Source: an uncultured bacterium (GTDB taxonomy: Bacteria > Patescibacteriota > Microgenomatia > Levybacterales > UBA12049). Taken from it: a DNA stretch of 64,000 nt. Every line of letters starts with the position of its first letter. The stretch's first letter is position 1. Positions 10,163 to 20,308 of this stretch are shown here, piece by piece. Under the pieces are notes generated by a model, which had not been told where the DNA came from, made no database searches, and was given only the letters and a program-made list of their open reading frames with translations. Location: contig CAWGXL010000010.1 of the NCBI GenBank assembly GCA_963826535.1, forward strand, positions 298,814 through 362,813, given 5' to 3'. A program made the position numbers and the translations under genes.

Positions 10163-11233
10163 TTATTTCATTTGCTCAGAAACGTACATTTCAATAAGAG
10201 GAATTGAGAATTTTGGATTCAAATACGGCATAATAATTGTTGGCGTATTACTGTGTATTTCAGGATCAAATTTTTCCGACGATCCTTTCATGTGACTTGG
10301 TAAATTTAAATCTACATAGTAAAAGTCTGGCTCTCCACTTGAAACAGTAAACGTTGACGTTCCCTTTCTTGATTTAAGTTCCATTCCGCGTTTTTGTCCT
10401 AACCCAACAAGTCTCTCTGCTAATTGTTGCGGATTGAGTGGGAATTTTGCGACAACATCTTGATCCATAACCTCTATCGCAACAAAATTACCAAATTGTT
10501 CATTAAATTCTCCAATTTTTTTCAAATATGCTATTGGATCTAACGTAAATCCGAGATCTTTCCCATGGGATTCATCAGAGTACTCTGCTACAAAGGCTCT
10601 AATTTTTATACCCAACTCTGAAACATTTACAGTCTCAATTTTTAGTGCATCTCTATGTCCTTGGTGGAATATTCTATAAGTTTGTAAATTTCCTTGTTGA
10701 TCATAATCAGTTTGGAAAAGAGTTCCTTCAAATTTAGACTTATCACGACCCTCATCAAAAATATTTGTGTGACCGAATTTATCCTCACGGTAGTACATAT
10801 CTTGTGGAAATCGCTCAATCTGTGTAGGACTGGCTTTTTTCCCTTCACGGTCTTGTTGTTCGCATTTATATTTTAATCTGCTTCCCCACCATCTTTGACC
10901 TGTCAAATCGCGAGCCAGCGAATTGATTGCATATTTATGAGTTTCATAAGTAACTTCAGAGATACCCTTGTCCCTCTCTGTGGCTTTATTAACTTCGACT
11001 AAAGAAGTGTAAATTTCTTTTTCTTTTCGTTTTTTATCTAATTCGGCTCGTTGGTCAACTGTATCAGCATTTAGAGGAGAAACATATCTGCCTTGCGCGT
11101 AGGTATAATTTGTAACAAACAGAACATTTAATAACGAAGAAAGTTCTACTTTTGGTCTTATCTCAGCGGCTTGCCCTGCTTCTGGGATACCACCATGATC
11201 TTTACCTATATCCGAACGTAATTCATACTTCAT
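10163..11233 (-). CDS. Hypothetical protein (orphan)
   Basis: Long ORF; probable start MKYELRS at 11233; no recognisable motif. Confidence 0.7.
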   Translation of the reverse strand: MKYELRSDIGKDHGGIPEAGQAAEIRPKVELSSLLNVLFVTNYTYAQGRYVSPLNADTVDQRAELDKKRKEKEIYTSLVEVNKATERDKGISEVTYETHKYAINSLARDLTGQRWWGSRLKYKCEQQDREGKKASPTQIERFPQDMYYREDKFGHTNIFDEGRDKSKFEGTLFQTDYDQQGNLQTYRIFHQGHRDALKIETVNVSELGIKIRAFVAEYSDESHGKDLGFTLDPIAYLKKIGEFNEQFGNFVAIEVMDQDVVAKFPLNPQQLAERLVGLGQKRGMELKSRKGTSTFTVSSGEPDFYYVDLNLPSHMKGSSEKFDPEIHSNTPTIIMPYLNPKFSIPLIEMYVSEQMK

Positions 11234-11343
11234 AAAATTTATTACCGTAAAGTAACTTATAAACGACAATGATGGGTATTATATACGAAAATCTACAAAT
11301 TTCAAACAAATGTTCAACCCACAAACTTATAAGCCAGAAAACC

Positions 11344-11372
11344 TTGACAAGTTGTACGACAGTTTGTACAAT
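11344..11372 (+). promoter_or_regulatory. Sigma70 promoter with overlapping TGTAC(A) operator for the TA operon
   Basis: TTGACA(11344)-17 bp-TACAAT(11367); TTGTACGA and TTGTACAA overlap the spacer and -10 box. Confidence 0.8.
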
Positions 11373-11379
11373 ATCTTAT

Positions 11380-11634
11380 ATGACTAATGTAGTTGCTATA
11401 TCAGACGCGCGAGCCAATTTGCCAGAGCTTGTTAATAAGGTTAATAAAAATCTTCAAAGAATTGTAATTACCGTTAACGGACAACCAAAGGCCGTGCTTC
11501 TAAGTGAAGAAGAACTCGAATCACTTGAAGAAACAGCAGAAATTCTTGCTATCCCCGGAGCTTTAAAAAGCATAAAAAAGGGAGAGGGTCAAATAAAAAA
11601 GGGCCAAGTAGTTACCCTTTCTGACCTAAAATAA
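11380..11634 (+). CDS. Phd/YefM family antitoxin
   Basis: MTNVVAISDARANLPELV...IVITVNGQPKAVLLSEEELESLEET; ATG 7 nt after the -10 box. Confidence 0.92.
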   Translation: MTNVVAISDARANLPELVNKVNKNLQRIVITVNGQPKAVLLSEEELESLEETAEILAIPGALKSIKKGEGQIKKGQVVTLSDLK

Positions 11635-11635
11635 T

Positions 11636-11888
11636 ATGCAGGTTGTTCTCTCCAAAAATGCTGCCAAACAATTTTCGCGTCTTCCTAAATCAGAACAAAC
11701 AAAAATAAAAAAGAAACTTCATTTACTAGAAACTGATCCTCTTGCAGGTAAAAAACTAGCAGGAGAACTATCAGGCCGCAGGTCACTCAAGTCCTGGCCA
11801 TACCGTATTATATTATAGAATGAACACGGTAGGGAATAAAATAGAGGTAAGCGATATATTGCACAGGCAAGGAGCATATAAGCCTTGA
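11636..11888 (+). CDS. RelE/ParE family toxin (+1 frameshift near 11812)
   Basis: GKKLAGELSGRRSLKSWPYRII; removing one T continues YRMNTVGNKIEVSDILHRQGAYKP*, a typical RelE C-terminus. Confidence 0.85.
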
Positions 11889-11921
11889 GTATCTCTCTTT
11901 TTTCCGCTATAATACAATCAT

Positions 11922-12209
11922 ATGGTCACAACTATAAATTTTGTCCCCGGAGATATTGTGAAAGTCCACCAAAAGATCAAAGAAGGAGAAAAGAGCAGAA
12001 TCCAGATCTTCAGAGGAGTTGTACTTGGAATGCGGGGCAGGGGAGTCAATAAAATGTTTACTGTCCAAAAAATGGTCGGACAAATTTCAGTCGAACGTAT
12101 TTGGCCAATTATGTCGCCATTAATTGAAAAAGTAGAAGTTGAAGAACATTCCCGTAAAAAAATTCGCCGCGCCAAACTCAACTACCTCAAAGTACCAAAA
12201 CATAAATAG
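11922..12209 (+). CDS. rplS: 50S ribosomal protein L19
   Basis: FVPGDIVKVHQKIKEGEKSRIQIFRGVV...RRAKLNYL. Confidence 0.97.
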   Translation: MVTTINFVPGDIVKVHQKIKEGEKSRIQIFRGVVLGMRGRGVNKMFTVQKMVGQISVERIWPIMSPLIEKVEVEEHSRKKIRRAKLNYLKVPKHK

Positions 12210-12215
12210 TTTACA

Positions 12216-12581
12216 ATGCTTACTAACAAACAAATTGCAGGCGCAAAAGGTGAAGACCTGGCAGTTTCGTTTCTTCGAAAAAAGGGTTACAAAATTATTG
12301 AACGCAACTTCCGTATGAGAGGCGGAGAAATAGATATAATCGCGATTGATGATGACACTCTTGTTTTTATCGAAGTAAAAGCTCGTTCAACCACGGAGTT
12401 TGGATCTCCCTTAGAAGCGATTACTTACTGGAAGATGAATTCACTTATAAAAACAGCACAATTTTACAAAAACAAAAACCCCCGCCTTCCGCAAGCTTTA
12501 CGCATAGACGCGGTAGCAATAACCCTAGATGAAAGCAACGAAGTAAAAACAATAGAGCTTGTAAAAAACATCAGTTTATGA
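12216..12581 (+). CDS. yraN: YraN family (UPF0102) PD-(D/E)xK endonuclease
   Basis: GEDLAVSFL..GYKIIERNFR..GEIDIIA..LVFIEVKAR. Confidence 0.93.
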   Translation: MLTNKQIAGAKGEDLAVSFLRKKGYKIIERNFRMRGGEIDIIAIDDDTLVFIEVKARSTTEFGSPLEAITYWKMNSLIKTAQFYKNKNPRLPQALRIDAVAITLDESNEVKTIELVKNISL

Positions 12582-12599
12582 TAATTTCAAACCTATATA

Positions 12600-14009
12600 A
12601 TGAAAAATAAAAAAGTCAAAATAGTAGCCACTTTGGGGCCGGCTACTCATTCGCCGGAAATGATTGAAAAGTTAGCTCAAGCAGGAGTAGATGTTTTCCG
12701 TTTAAATCTTTCACATCAACGTAGAGACAGTATAGTTAATATAGTAAAGTCGATCCGTGATACGGAAAAAAAGATGAACAAACCACTTTCTATAATGGGC
12801 GACCTTGGAGGTTTAAAAGTAAGGATAGGGAATATCAAAGACGATACGATCCTCGATTATGGGAAAACTGTAAAAATTTCCACTGAGCCGGTTATTGGTT
12901 CAAAAGAAATATTTTCAATAAACCATCCTTCAATTATTAAACAATTAAAAAAAGGAACGGAAATACTAATCGATGATGGTCTAATTAAACTTATTGTAAT
13001 AAAAGAATTAAAAAATAATATTGCAATTGCAAAAGTAGAGGTAGGGGGATTGCTACTTCCGCATAAAGGTTTTTATGCGCAAGACGTTTCTCTTTTCACC
13101 ATCGGAGTGCCTGAAAAAGATGAAGAAGATATAAAGCTTATGACTGAAGTTAACGCTGATGCTATTGCAGTCTCCTTCGTTCAGACTAAGGATGATATTT
13201 TACAAATCAGAAAAAAACTCCCACCCGGTTCAAATATCGTCATAATCGCAAAAATAGAAACAAAATTAGCTATAGAAAATATGAAAAATATAATAGCTGT
13301 TGCCGATGGAGTTATGATAGCTCGCGGAGATTTGGGACTTGCTGTGCCGATCGCTGAGGTACCTTTTTTACAAAAAAAATTAATCTCGCTTTGTCTAAAA
13401 ATGGCTAAACCGGTCATTACCGCAACACAAATGCTTGAATCAATGGCAAAAAACCCCTTTCCAACCCGCGCAGAAGTAACTGATGTAGCCAATGCTATCC
13501 TCGACGGCACAGATGCGGTAATGTTATCCGACGAAACCGCCACAGGGAAATATCCACTTCAAACAGTCGAAATGATGAGTAAGATTATTGAGACATCCTC
13601 GCCACAAATACAAGTACGTGAGTTTCATGATGAAACCGAGATACCACATGCAGTCAGTTCTGCTGCAGGATTAATAGCAGATAAAGTTGGTGCGAGAATG
13701 ATTATCGCTTTCACCCAAAGCGGCTTTAGCGCCTTACAGATCGCCAGACATAGATATGCACAGGAAGTTATTGTCGCACTATCTCCAAATACAAAAACTC
13801 TTAGAAAACTTAATTTTTGCTGGGGAGTATACCCCAAGTTTATAAGCGCAACACACAGTTTTGATCATGCCCTGGAACAGACAAAAGAATTTATTCAAAA
13901 TAATGACATAATTAAATTGGAAAAAGGTGAACCCTATGTCATAGTTACCGGCCTGCCCTTCAACCAAGCAGGAGTAACCAATCTAATCCACGTCGATAAA
14001 GCGGAATAA
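12600..14009 (+). CDS. pyk: Pyruvate kinase
   Basis: KIVATLGPA, IIAKIE, MIARGDLG, ATQMLESM, PTRAEVTDVANA, DAVMLS. Confidence 0.98.
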   Translation: MKNKKVKIVATLGPATHSPEMIEKLAQAGVDVFRLNLSHQRRDSIVNIVKSIRDTEKKMNKPLSIMGDLGGLKVRIGNIKDDTILDYGKTVKISTEPVIGSKEIFSINHPSIIKQLKKGTEILIDDGLIKLIVIKELKNNIAIAKVEVGGLLLPHKGFYAQDVSLFTIGVPEKDEEDIKLMTEVNADAIAVSFVQTKDDILQIRKKLPPGSNIVIIAKIETKLAIENMKNIIAVADGVMIARGDLGLAVPIAEVPFLQKKLISLCLKMAKPVITATQMLESMAKNPFPTRAEVTDVANAILDGTDAVMLSDETATGKYPLQTVEMMSKIIETSSPQIQVREFHDETEIPHAVSSAAGLIADKVGARMIIAFTQSGFSALQIARHRYAQEVIVALSPNTKTLRKLNFCWGVYPKFISATHSFDHALEQTKEFIQNNDIIKLEKGEPYVIVTGLPFNQAGVTNLIHVDKAE

Positions 14010-14196
14010 TAATGCCCTTTATCAATTATCCTGTATTGCAACGAAATATCCTACTAATATTACAAATCAATTTTTGAAATAAGGAAAAAACTGTATAATT
14101 TTTTCAAGCACAAATACAGCTACCCTACACTTTAGGAGCAACTATTAAAACTACTCTTAAATTCTCAAGAATACCGGAATAGTATATAATTAAATA

Positions 14197-14469
14197 ATGC
14201 TGTTTAAACCAAGACAGATGGAGCGCATTGTAAAGGGTTTTGCAAATCATCGACGGATAGCGATGATTGAATTACTGCAGCAGAATCCTGAATTATCGTT
14301 GCAAGAAGTTTCAACCAAATTAAAAATAAACAACAAAACAGCTAGTGATCATCTCCGTAGACTCGAGATAGGAGGACTTATATTCAAGCGTAACCGGGCA
14401 AACAATGTCATGCATAAATTATCTCCTCGCGGCAAAACTATTCTGGAATTCTTAAGAAAACTAGAATAG
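14197..14469 (+). CDS. ArsR-like winged-helix DNA-binding protein
   Basis: KGFANHRRIAMIELL..LSLQEVS..TASDHLRRLEIGGLI. Confidence 0.85.
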   Translation: MLFKPRQMERIVKGFANHRRIAMIELLQQNPELSLQEVSTKLKINNKTASDHLRRLEIGGLIFKRNRANNVMHKLSPRGKTILEFLRKLE

Positions 14470-14510
14470 AATTTTATATTACTAATTTGTAACATACGCA
14501 AGAAAAATTC

Positions 14511-16508
14511 CTATCTCTCTTGGATCATTTTTATCTGTTCTCTCAATCGAATTGCCGTCTCAAAGTCCAATCCCTCAGCCGCCTCCTTCATAAATTTACG
14601 CATTTTCTTCACCAAATCTTCCCGCTCATCCGGCAAAAGAACATCCTTTTTACCAAATTCGATCAAAGACTCTAGTGTGTGAACTTTTTTCTCTTCCTCA
14701 TTTTCCTCAACCAATTTTGCCCTCACAGATTTCTGAATTCCTTTAGGAGTGATATTATGCTTTTTATTATAAATTACCTGTATATTCCGTCTGCGCTCCA
14801 CTTCATCAATTGCAGCCTTCATTGACTTTGTAATTTTATCGGCATACATGATCACCTCAGAATCAACATTTCTCGCCGCCCGCCCCATTGTTTGAATAAG
14901 AGAAGTTCTACTACGTAAAAATCCTTCTTTATCGGCATCCAAAATAACTACTAAAGAAACTTCCGGAAGATCCAAGCCTTCACGCAATAAATTAATTCCC
15001 ACAATAACATCTTTTTCACCCAGGCGTAAACTATCCAACACATCCTGACGTGCGAGAGTCACAATATCGGAATGCAAATAGGCTACTTTAACCCCTTTTT
15101 CTTCCAGGTAGCTTGTTAATTCCTCGGCCATTCGTTTTGTCAAAGTTACAACCAGTATCCTCTGCCTCTTCGCGACCCGCTTTTTAATCTCTGCAATCAG
15201 ATCATCAATTTGTCCCGCACTTGGCTTGATTTTAATTTCCGGGTCAATAAGTCCTGTCGGCCGGATAAGTTGCTCAACTACCCCGTCTTTTGTTTCCGCG
15301 GCCAGTGACAATTCATAATCATTTGGTGTAGCACTGACATAAACAATTTGATGTGCTTTCCTCATTAATTCATCATATTGCAATGGCCTGTTATCCCGGG
15401 CAGAAGGTAAACGAAATCCATAATCAATTAACATTTGCTTTCTTGACCGGTCGCCATTGTACATACCGCGCAGTTGCGGAAGCGTAATATGTGACTCGTC
15501 AACAACAAGCAGCCAATCCTTTGTCGCAGCCTCAAAATAATCAATGAGAGAATATGGCGGAGTTCCTGGTTTACGTCCGTCAAAATAGATAGAATAATTT
15601 TCAATCCCGTTCACGTATCCAACTTCCCGGATCATTTCAAGATCAAAATTAGTCCGCTGAGTCAACCTTTGTGCCTCTATCAATTTATTTTGTTCTTTAA
15701 GTTCCACAACTCTCTTATCCAGGTCACCTCTAATTCTCGCAAAAGCATCAGTATAAGTTCGCGGATCAGTCATATAATGTTTGGCCGGATAAATTACTGT
15801 TGCTTCGAGAGGATTTGTTATATCACCGGTCAAAGGATTAAATTCATACATGTTAATAATTGATTCACCAACCTCGATTCTTATACCGAAATCTACGTAT
15901 GCGGGAAAAAGATCAATACTGTTACCCCGGACACGGAATGTTCCCCGCTTGAATTCATAGTCGGAGCGCATATATTGCAAATCCGTAAGCCGGATCATAA
16001 TATCCTTCAATGTGACATGAACTCCGCGACGCAATTCAAGTACAAATTTACCATACTCAACCGGCGACCCTAAGTTATAAATACATGAAACTGAAGCCAC
16101 CACAATTACATCTTTCCTCGTCAACAAATTAGCCGTAGCTGCCAAACGCAGTTTATCAATCTCCTCATTAATTTCCGCCTCTTTCTCAATATATGTATCC
16201 GTCTGTGGTATATATGCTTCCGGCTGATAATAATCATAATAAGAAACAAAATAACATACGGAATTATTTGGAAAAAAATCACGGAACTCTTGATAAAGTT
16301 GTGCTGCCAAGGTTTTATTATGCGAGATAACGAGAGTTGGACGTTGCACGTTTTTTATTACATTAGCCATTGTAAAAGTTTTCCCGCTTCCCGTTACCCC
16401 TAATAGAACTTGATGTCTTGCGTCTGCTTTAAGATTATTTGTTAATTTTTCAATAGCCTGCGGCTGGTCCCCGGTAGGTTGAAAATGCGAAGTTAATTTA
16501 AATTTCAT
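14511..16508 (-). CDS. uvrB: Excinuclease ABC subunit B
   Basis: PTGDQPQAI, GVTGSGKT, YYDYYQPEAY, DESH, C-terminal UVR domain. Confidence 0.98.
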   Translation of the reverse strand: MKFKLTSHFQPTGDQPQAIEKLTNNLKADARHQVLLGVTGSGKTFTMANVIKNVQRPTLVISHNKTLAAQLYQEFRDFFPNNSVCYFVSYYDYYQPEAYIPQTDTYIEKEAEINEEIDKLRLAATANLLTRKDVIVVASVSCIYNLGSPVEYGKFVLELRRGVHVTLKDIMIRLTDLQYMRSDYEFKRGTFRVRGNSIDLFPAYVDFGIRIEVGESIINMYEFNPLTGDITNPLEATVIYPAKHYMTDPRTYTDAFARIRGDLDKRVVELKEQNKLIEAQRLTQRTNFDLEMIREVGYVNGIENYSIYFDGRKPGTPPYSLIDYFEAATKDWLLVVDESHITLPQLRGMYNGDRSRKQMLIDYGFRLPSARDNRPLQYDELMRKAHQIVYVSATPNDYELSLAAETKDGVVEQLIRPTGLIDPEIKIKPSAGQIDDLIAEIKKRVAKRQRILVVTLTKRMAEELTSYLEEKGVKVAYLHSDIVTLARQDVLDSLRLGEKDVIVGINLLREGLDLPEVSLVVILDADKEGFLRSRTSLIQTMGRAARNVDSEVIMYADKITKSMKAAIDEVERRRNIQVIYNKKHNITPKGIQKSVRAKLVEENEEEKKVHTLESLIEFGKKDVLLPDEREDLVKKMRKFMKEAAEGLDFETAIRLREQIKMIQER

Positions 16509-16632
16509 ACGAAGCTATTGTAGCACATGGAAATTTGTAATAATTTTGTCAGATTAATATCAAGTTAGTTCAGCAATATAGGGATATAATTACCATAATG
16601 TTTACACAAACTCAGTCAGATGGAGGTTTTAT

Positions 16633-18120
16633 ATGGCAAAAAGCGCAGCAGCGTTATCATCAGTTGAAGGTGGCAGAAGTTACAGCTCCGGCCTTGTCAG
16701 TATATCGGGGGGACGGGACAGTGGAAAAATTAGCCAAACATATGGTGGAATTGAAGGAGGTCGACGGGGATCTTCGGAGTTCAGCTCTCGAGGTTTATCT
16801 AGCTTCAAACCAGAGTCGGGCAAAAGGCCAAATCTAAGATTAGTTCAATCTTCATCTCAATCAGAGCGCATAAAGACAAGCGAATCAAGAATAAGATTTA
16901 AACCATATCTAATTTCAAACAACAAAGATTTTAAGCCGATTGTTAGCTATAATAACACAGAAAGCAGACAACATTTGCCTGCTATTAACAAATCACGCAA
17001 AGTAAGTTTGTCACTCATAAAAAATTCAGTTCCGAGTCCAGTCGAAAGTCTGAGGCCTAGGCGACTTTCTGCTGAGGTTTCGAATTTAGATCTTTATAAT
17101 AATGTTATATCCCTAAAAGTCATCAGAGAGCAGAAAAATAATTTATCGTGGCCAACTATAAAATATGAAAATAACGTTTTTGCATTTAAAAAGAAAGCGA
17201 CTCTCCCGTCAATAAATCAAGGCCAAATTCAAGTTGACACCGCAAAGCAAGCTAAAGCTGCCCTACTAAGGAGAGATTTAGACAGAGCTGTAACAAAAAA
17301 ACCAATTGAGAAATTAAAAGTAAAAACTGATCAAAGCTATACTATTAATACTAATGATAGAATAACCGGGCGTAATTACAAAAATTTAACCGCTATGCAT
17401 GAATACCCAAAAACATATCCAGATCAGCCTGTATTTACAGGAATTGCACAAATTTTTGAAGAAACACGCGGATTTACAACACCAAGTCCGGAGATAAAAT
17501 CTATACAAAAAGTATTTGAAAAACCGGAACAACAATTACGTACAATTCAAAGTCATCCGAATACTTTACCTTCAATAAGGAATGAAAGTAAAACACATGA
17601 TCTCCAAGCTATTAATATTGCACAGCAAGAACAGCAAGCTATAAATATAGACATAAATGAAAATACAAGTAATAATCCTCAAATACAACAGGATGCAACA
17701 CCTGCAGCGCCAAAACCTAAAATCAAACCGGAGGAAAAGCATTTTATAGTCTACACGGAAGCAAAAAGAGTAAGATCTGAAATTGCTGCCGCTGCTATTA
17801 AAGAAAAATTTAGCGAAACTTCAATCGATAATAAGCCTGCATATGTGATCGGCAGTTCACTTCAATTACCAAGTCCTCCGCCTCAAGAAGCATTGAGCCC
17901 CATCGCTATAAATGGAGATGGATCATATGCGGGCTTTAGATCTGCTGTAAATAGCGCAATTATTTTTACACCCGAACATGCAGATAATATTATAAAACAA
18001 GCGAATAATGAAAATAATCCTGTTACAACAGCTCGAACCAGGCAAAACGCGGCAACTCCAGAAGAGGTGAGAAAGGTATTGTCTGGTGACAATTCATCAA
18101 CTAAGTCGCCAAGCAATTGA
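16633..18120 (+). CDS. Hypothetical protein with low-complexity Ser/Gly-rich N-terminus
   Basis: 495-aa ORF with GGAGGT 5 nt before the ATG; no recognised domain. Confidence 0.7.
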   Translation: MAKSAAALSSVEGGRSYSSGLVSISGGRDSGKISQTYGGIEGGRRGSSEFSSRGLSSFKPESGKRPNLRLVQSSSQSERIKTSESRIRFKPYLISNNKDFKPIVSYNNTESRQHLPAINKSRKVSLSLIKNSVPSPVESLRPRRLSAEVSNLDLYNNVISLKVIREQKNNLSWPTIKYENNVFAFKKKATLPSINQGQIQVDTAKQAKAALLRRDLDRAVTKKPIEKLKVKTDQSYTINTNDRITGRNYKNLTAMHEYPKTYPDQPVFTGIAQIFEETRGFTTPSPEIKSIQKVFEKPEQQLRTIQSHPNTLPSIRNESKTHDLQAINIAQQEQQAINIDINENTSNNPQIQQDATPAAPKPKIKPEEKHFIVYTEAKRVRSEIAAAAIKEKFSETSIDNKPAYVIGSSLQLPSPPPQEALSPIAINGDGSYAGFRSAVNSAIIFTPEHADNIIKQANNENNPVTTARTRQNAATPEEVRKVLSGDNSSTKSPSN

Positions 18121-18231
18121 AAATCTTCAAAAACTGAAAATATTAACTCACGTTACGCAATAATCCCAGCTAATTTCTAAACAGAAGTAATGGTGCGTAA
18201 AGTTAGCTATTGCGATATAATATGCTAAATC

Positions 18232-18678
18232 ATGAAGACACTTCTTATTTACGCCACATACTCCGGAAGCACTCTTGAAGTAAGCAATTATATTGCAAGC
18301 GTTTTTACTCAAAAGGGCTTTGAAATTAAACAAAAAGATGCCAGAGAAGTAGAACCTGATGAATTTAATAACTACGACTTAATTATACTTGGCTCACCAA
18401 CTTGGGGAGAAGGCGATGCCCATGATTTATTTAAAAGACTAATTGAAAAATTTGATAATATTACTCTTCCCGGCAAACATTTTGCAATTTTTGGCTTAGG
18501 AGATACTAACTATGCTCATTTTTGCGGCGCCGCAGAACAATTAGAAGAATTCGTAAAAAAGCTAAATGGAAAATTAATCATCAAGACTCATAAAATAAAT
18601 AATTTTTACTTCAACCAACAAGAAGAGATACCAAGAGTTGAAAACTGGGCGATCAAAATGATTAGGCTCCTAACATGA
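18232..18678 (+). CDS. Flavodoxin (short-chain)
   Basis: IYATYSGST, LIILGSPTWGEG, FAIFGLGDTNYAHFCGA. Confidence 0.93.
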   Translation: MKTLLIYATYSGSTLEVSNYIASVFTQKGFEIKQKDAREVEPDEFNNYDLIILGSPTWGEGDAHDLFKRLIEKFDNITLPGKHFAIFGLGDTNYAHFCGAAEQLEEFVKKLNGKLIIKTHKINNFYFNQQEEIPRVENWAIKMIRLLT

Positions 18679-18705
18679 AGCATTTTTAGTGCTTAAGTTA
18701 TAAGT

Positions 18706-19140
18706 ATGGAATTCGATAATAGCATTACAAGTATAAAAATAGATCATTTAACTCTCCAAAATGAAGTATCATCTTTAATCAACGAATATAAGTTTCTGCG
18801 GAAAAGAAAACTAAAAACTAATCCTAATATAAAGTTTAGGCATTGTACGGAAAGGCATCAAGGAAATACAAACGGTTCAGTTAATAAAAGTTTACTCTGG
18901 CGCCAAAATGAGGCTTACGAAAGACATTATTTAAATATACGCAGAGAAACATCAACTGAAATAGTTGAAATTGAAATTTATAAAAGCTTAGGTACTGAAC
19001 CGCCTACTGAAATTAATATAAGTATACAAACTTTGCCAGTGGGAATAAAAACATACTATGAAAATTATAAATTTGCTTCTATAACAGGCCGTGAATTAAT
19101 CAACGGGTTACCCTTGACGTTAACAAAACCGCATGGCTAA
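18706..19140 (+). CDS. Hypothetical protein (orphan)
   Basis: 144-aa ORF, no motif. Confidence 0.55.
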   Translation: MEFDNSITSIKIDHLTLQNEVSSLINEYKFLRKRKLKTNPNIKFRHCTERHQGNTNGSVNKSLLWRQNEAYERHYLNIRRETSTEIVEIEIYKSLGTEPPTEINISIQTLPVGIKTYYENYKFASITGRELINGLPLTLTKPHG

Positions 19141-19207
19141 AAAAAAGATTTACCTGCCCTATGCTTTAGTTGCATTTATAGGAGAAATGTATTACAATTC
19201 TAATATT

Positions 19208-19654
19208 ATGGAACGATTTAGTCGTAGGAAACAAGAACAAGACAACCAAAATGGCGTAGGTCAAGTTTTTACCGAAATAGAAACACTATTTGAGTCAACC
19301 TGGATAAACGATACTCCTACAGAAAAAGTAGCTGGAAGTGGAATAAATAAAAAAAATGGACAAAGGCCTGAGGATCCAAATGTTGGAACTCTGGTAGGGA
19401 TTGGTGAAAATGAATTAAGAATCGAAAGATATACAAAAGTCAGAGAAGAATTTAAAAGACCCTCTATAATAATGCATCACAAACTAACCCTAGACTCTAG
19501 TGAAAAAGGAAATGCTCAAATAGTTTACAAAATATTAGGTACTAGGGGTAAATTCAATATGAAACCAATAATTAAAAGTGGACACGAAGCTGCTGACTTA
19601 GCCAGACAAATGGTCAAATCACGACCCGCTACATTTGATATTGTCCCCATATAA
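19208..19654 (+). CDS. Hypothetical protein (orphan)
   Basis: Probable start MERFSRR at 19208, after TTGCAT(19170)-17-TACAAT(19193). Confidence 0.65.
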   Translation: MERFSRRKQEQDNQNGVGQVFTEIETLFESTWINDTPTEKVAGSGINKKNGQRPEDPNVGTLVGIGENELRIERYTKVREEFKRPSIIMHHKLTLDSSEKGNAQIVYKILGTRGKFNMKPIIKSGHEAADLARQMVKSRPATFDIVPI

Positions 19655-19730
19655 CAAAACTTAGTATAATGAAAACACAGTTTTTACTGAACTGTTGAAC
19701 TTTTAAGGAACCTGTAGTATAATCTCGATT

Positions 19731-20270
19731 GTGTTTATTTTTGAAGTAGAAATAGGGAGATCAATCCCGGTAGATTTTATAGCTAGAGAACCAGAAGTAG
19801 TAAAAGACACACTTTCACCTTCAGAATTAGATTTAAAAACTACAGATCTGATAACTGACTTTAGAGCAAAGGCATTGGGCGTTTTGACCGAGAATATTGG
19901 CGAAGGTTCTGTTTTTCTTGATTTTGAATTTGGTGGTGATTTTCCTCATATTTTTAATAGACAGACATCAACAAGAATCTCTTTTGAAAGTTATTCAACT
20001 CATTTATTACTTAGATGTCAAGATGAATATTTAGACATGCCTGAGAAAAATAGAGTTCGAGAAGCAACCGTAGATAGTAAGTTATTACGAATACCTGGAC
20101 TGATAAAGCCAGGAAAAACTATTTTTCATTCCGAGTTCAAATTAGTAAGCGTTAATGAAAAACAAATAAGAGACGTAAACAGCCTACAAGCATATGATAA
20201 AGTCTCGGCTCTTATAAAAAATTTACCTATGGGAAAAATTCGACATCATATTAGTCCATTAAATGTTTAA
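19731..20270 (+). CDS. Hypothetical protein (orphan)
   Basis: GTG start 7 nt after TTGAAC(19695)-17-TATAAT(19718). Confidence 0.65.
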   Translation: MFIFEVEIGRSIPVDFIAREPEVVKDTLSPSELDLKTTDLITDFRAKALGVLTENIGEGSVFLDFEFGGDFPHIFNRQTSTRISFESYSTHLLLRCQDEYLDMPEKNRVREATVDSKLLRIPGLIKPGKTIFHSEFKLVSVNEKQIRDVNSLQAYDKVSALIKNLPMGKIRHHISPLNV

Positions 20271-20308
20271 TATTGAACCACCACCTTTTTTAAGCTACAA
20301 TTGAAACC

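Noticed and set aside
16598-16837. 79-aa ORF as a separate gene or as a frameshifted N-terminus of the 16633 gene
   Set aside because: The 16633 ATG has its own GGAGGT SD and the short ORF has no recognisable motif; it cannot be fully excluded because TATAAT lies just upstream of 16598
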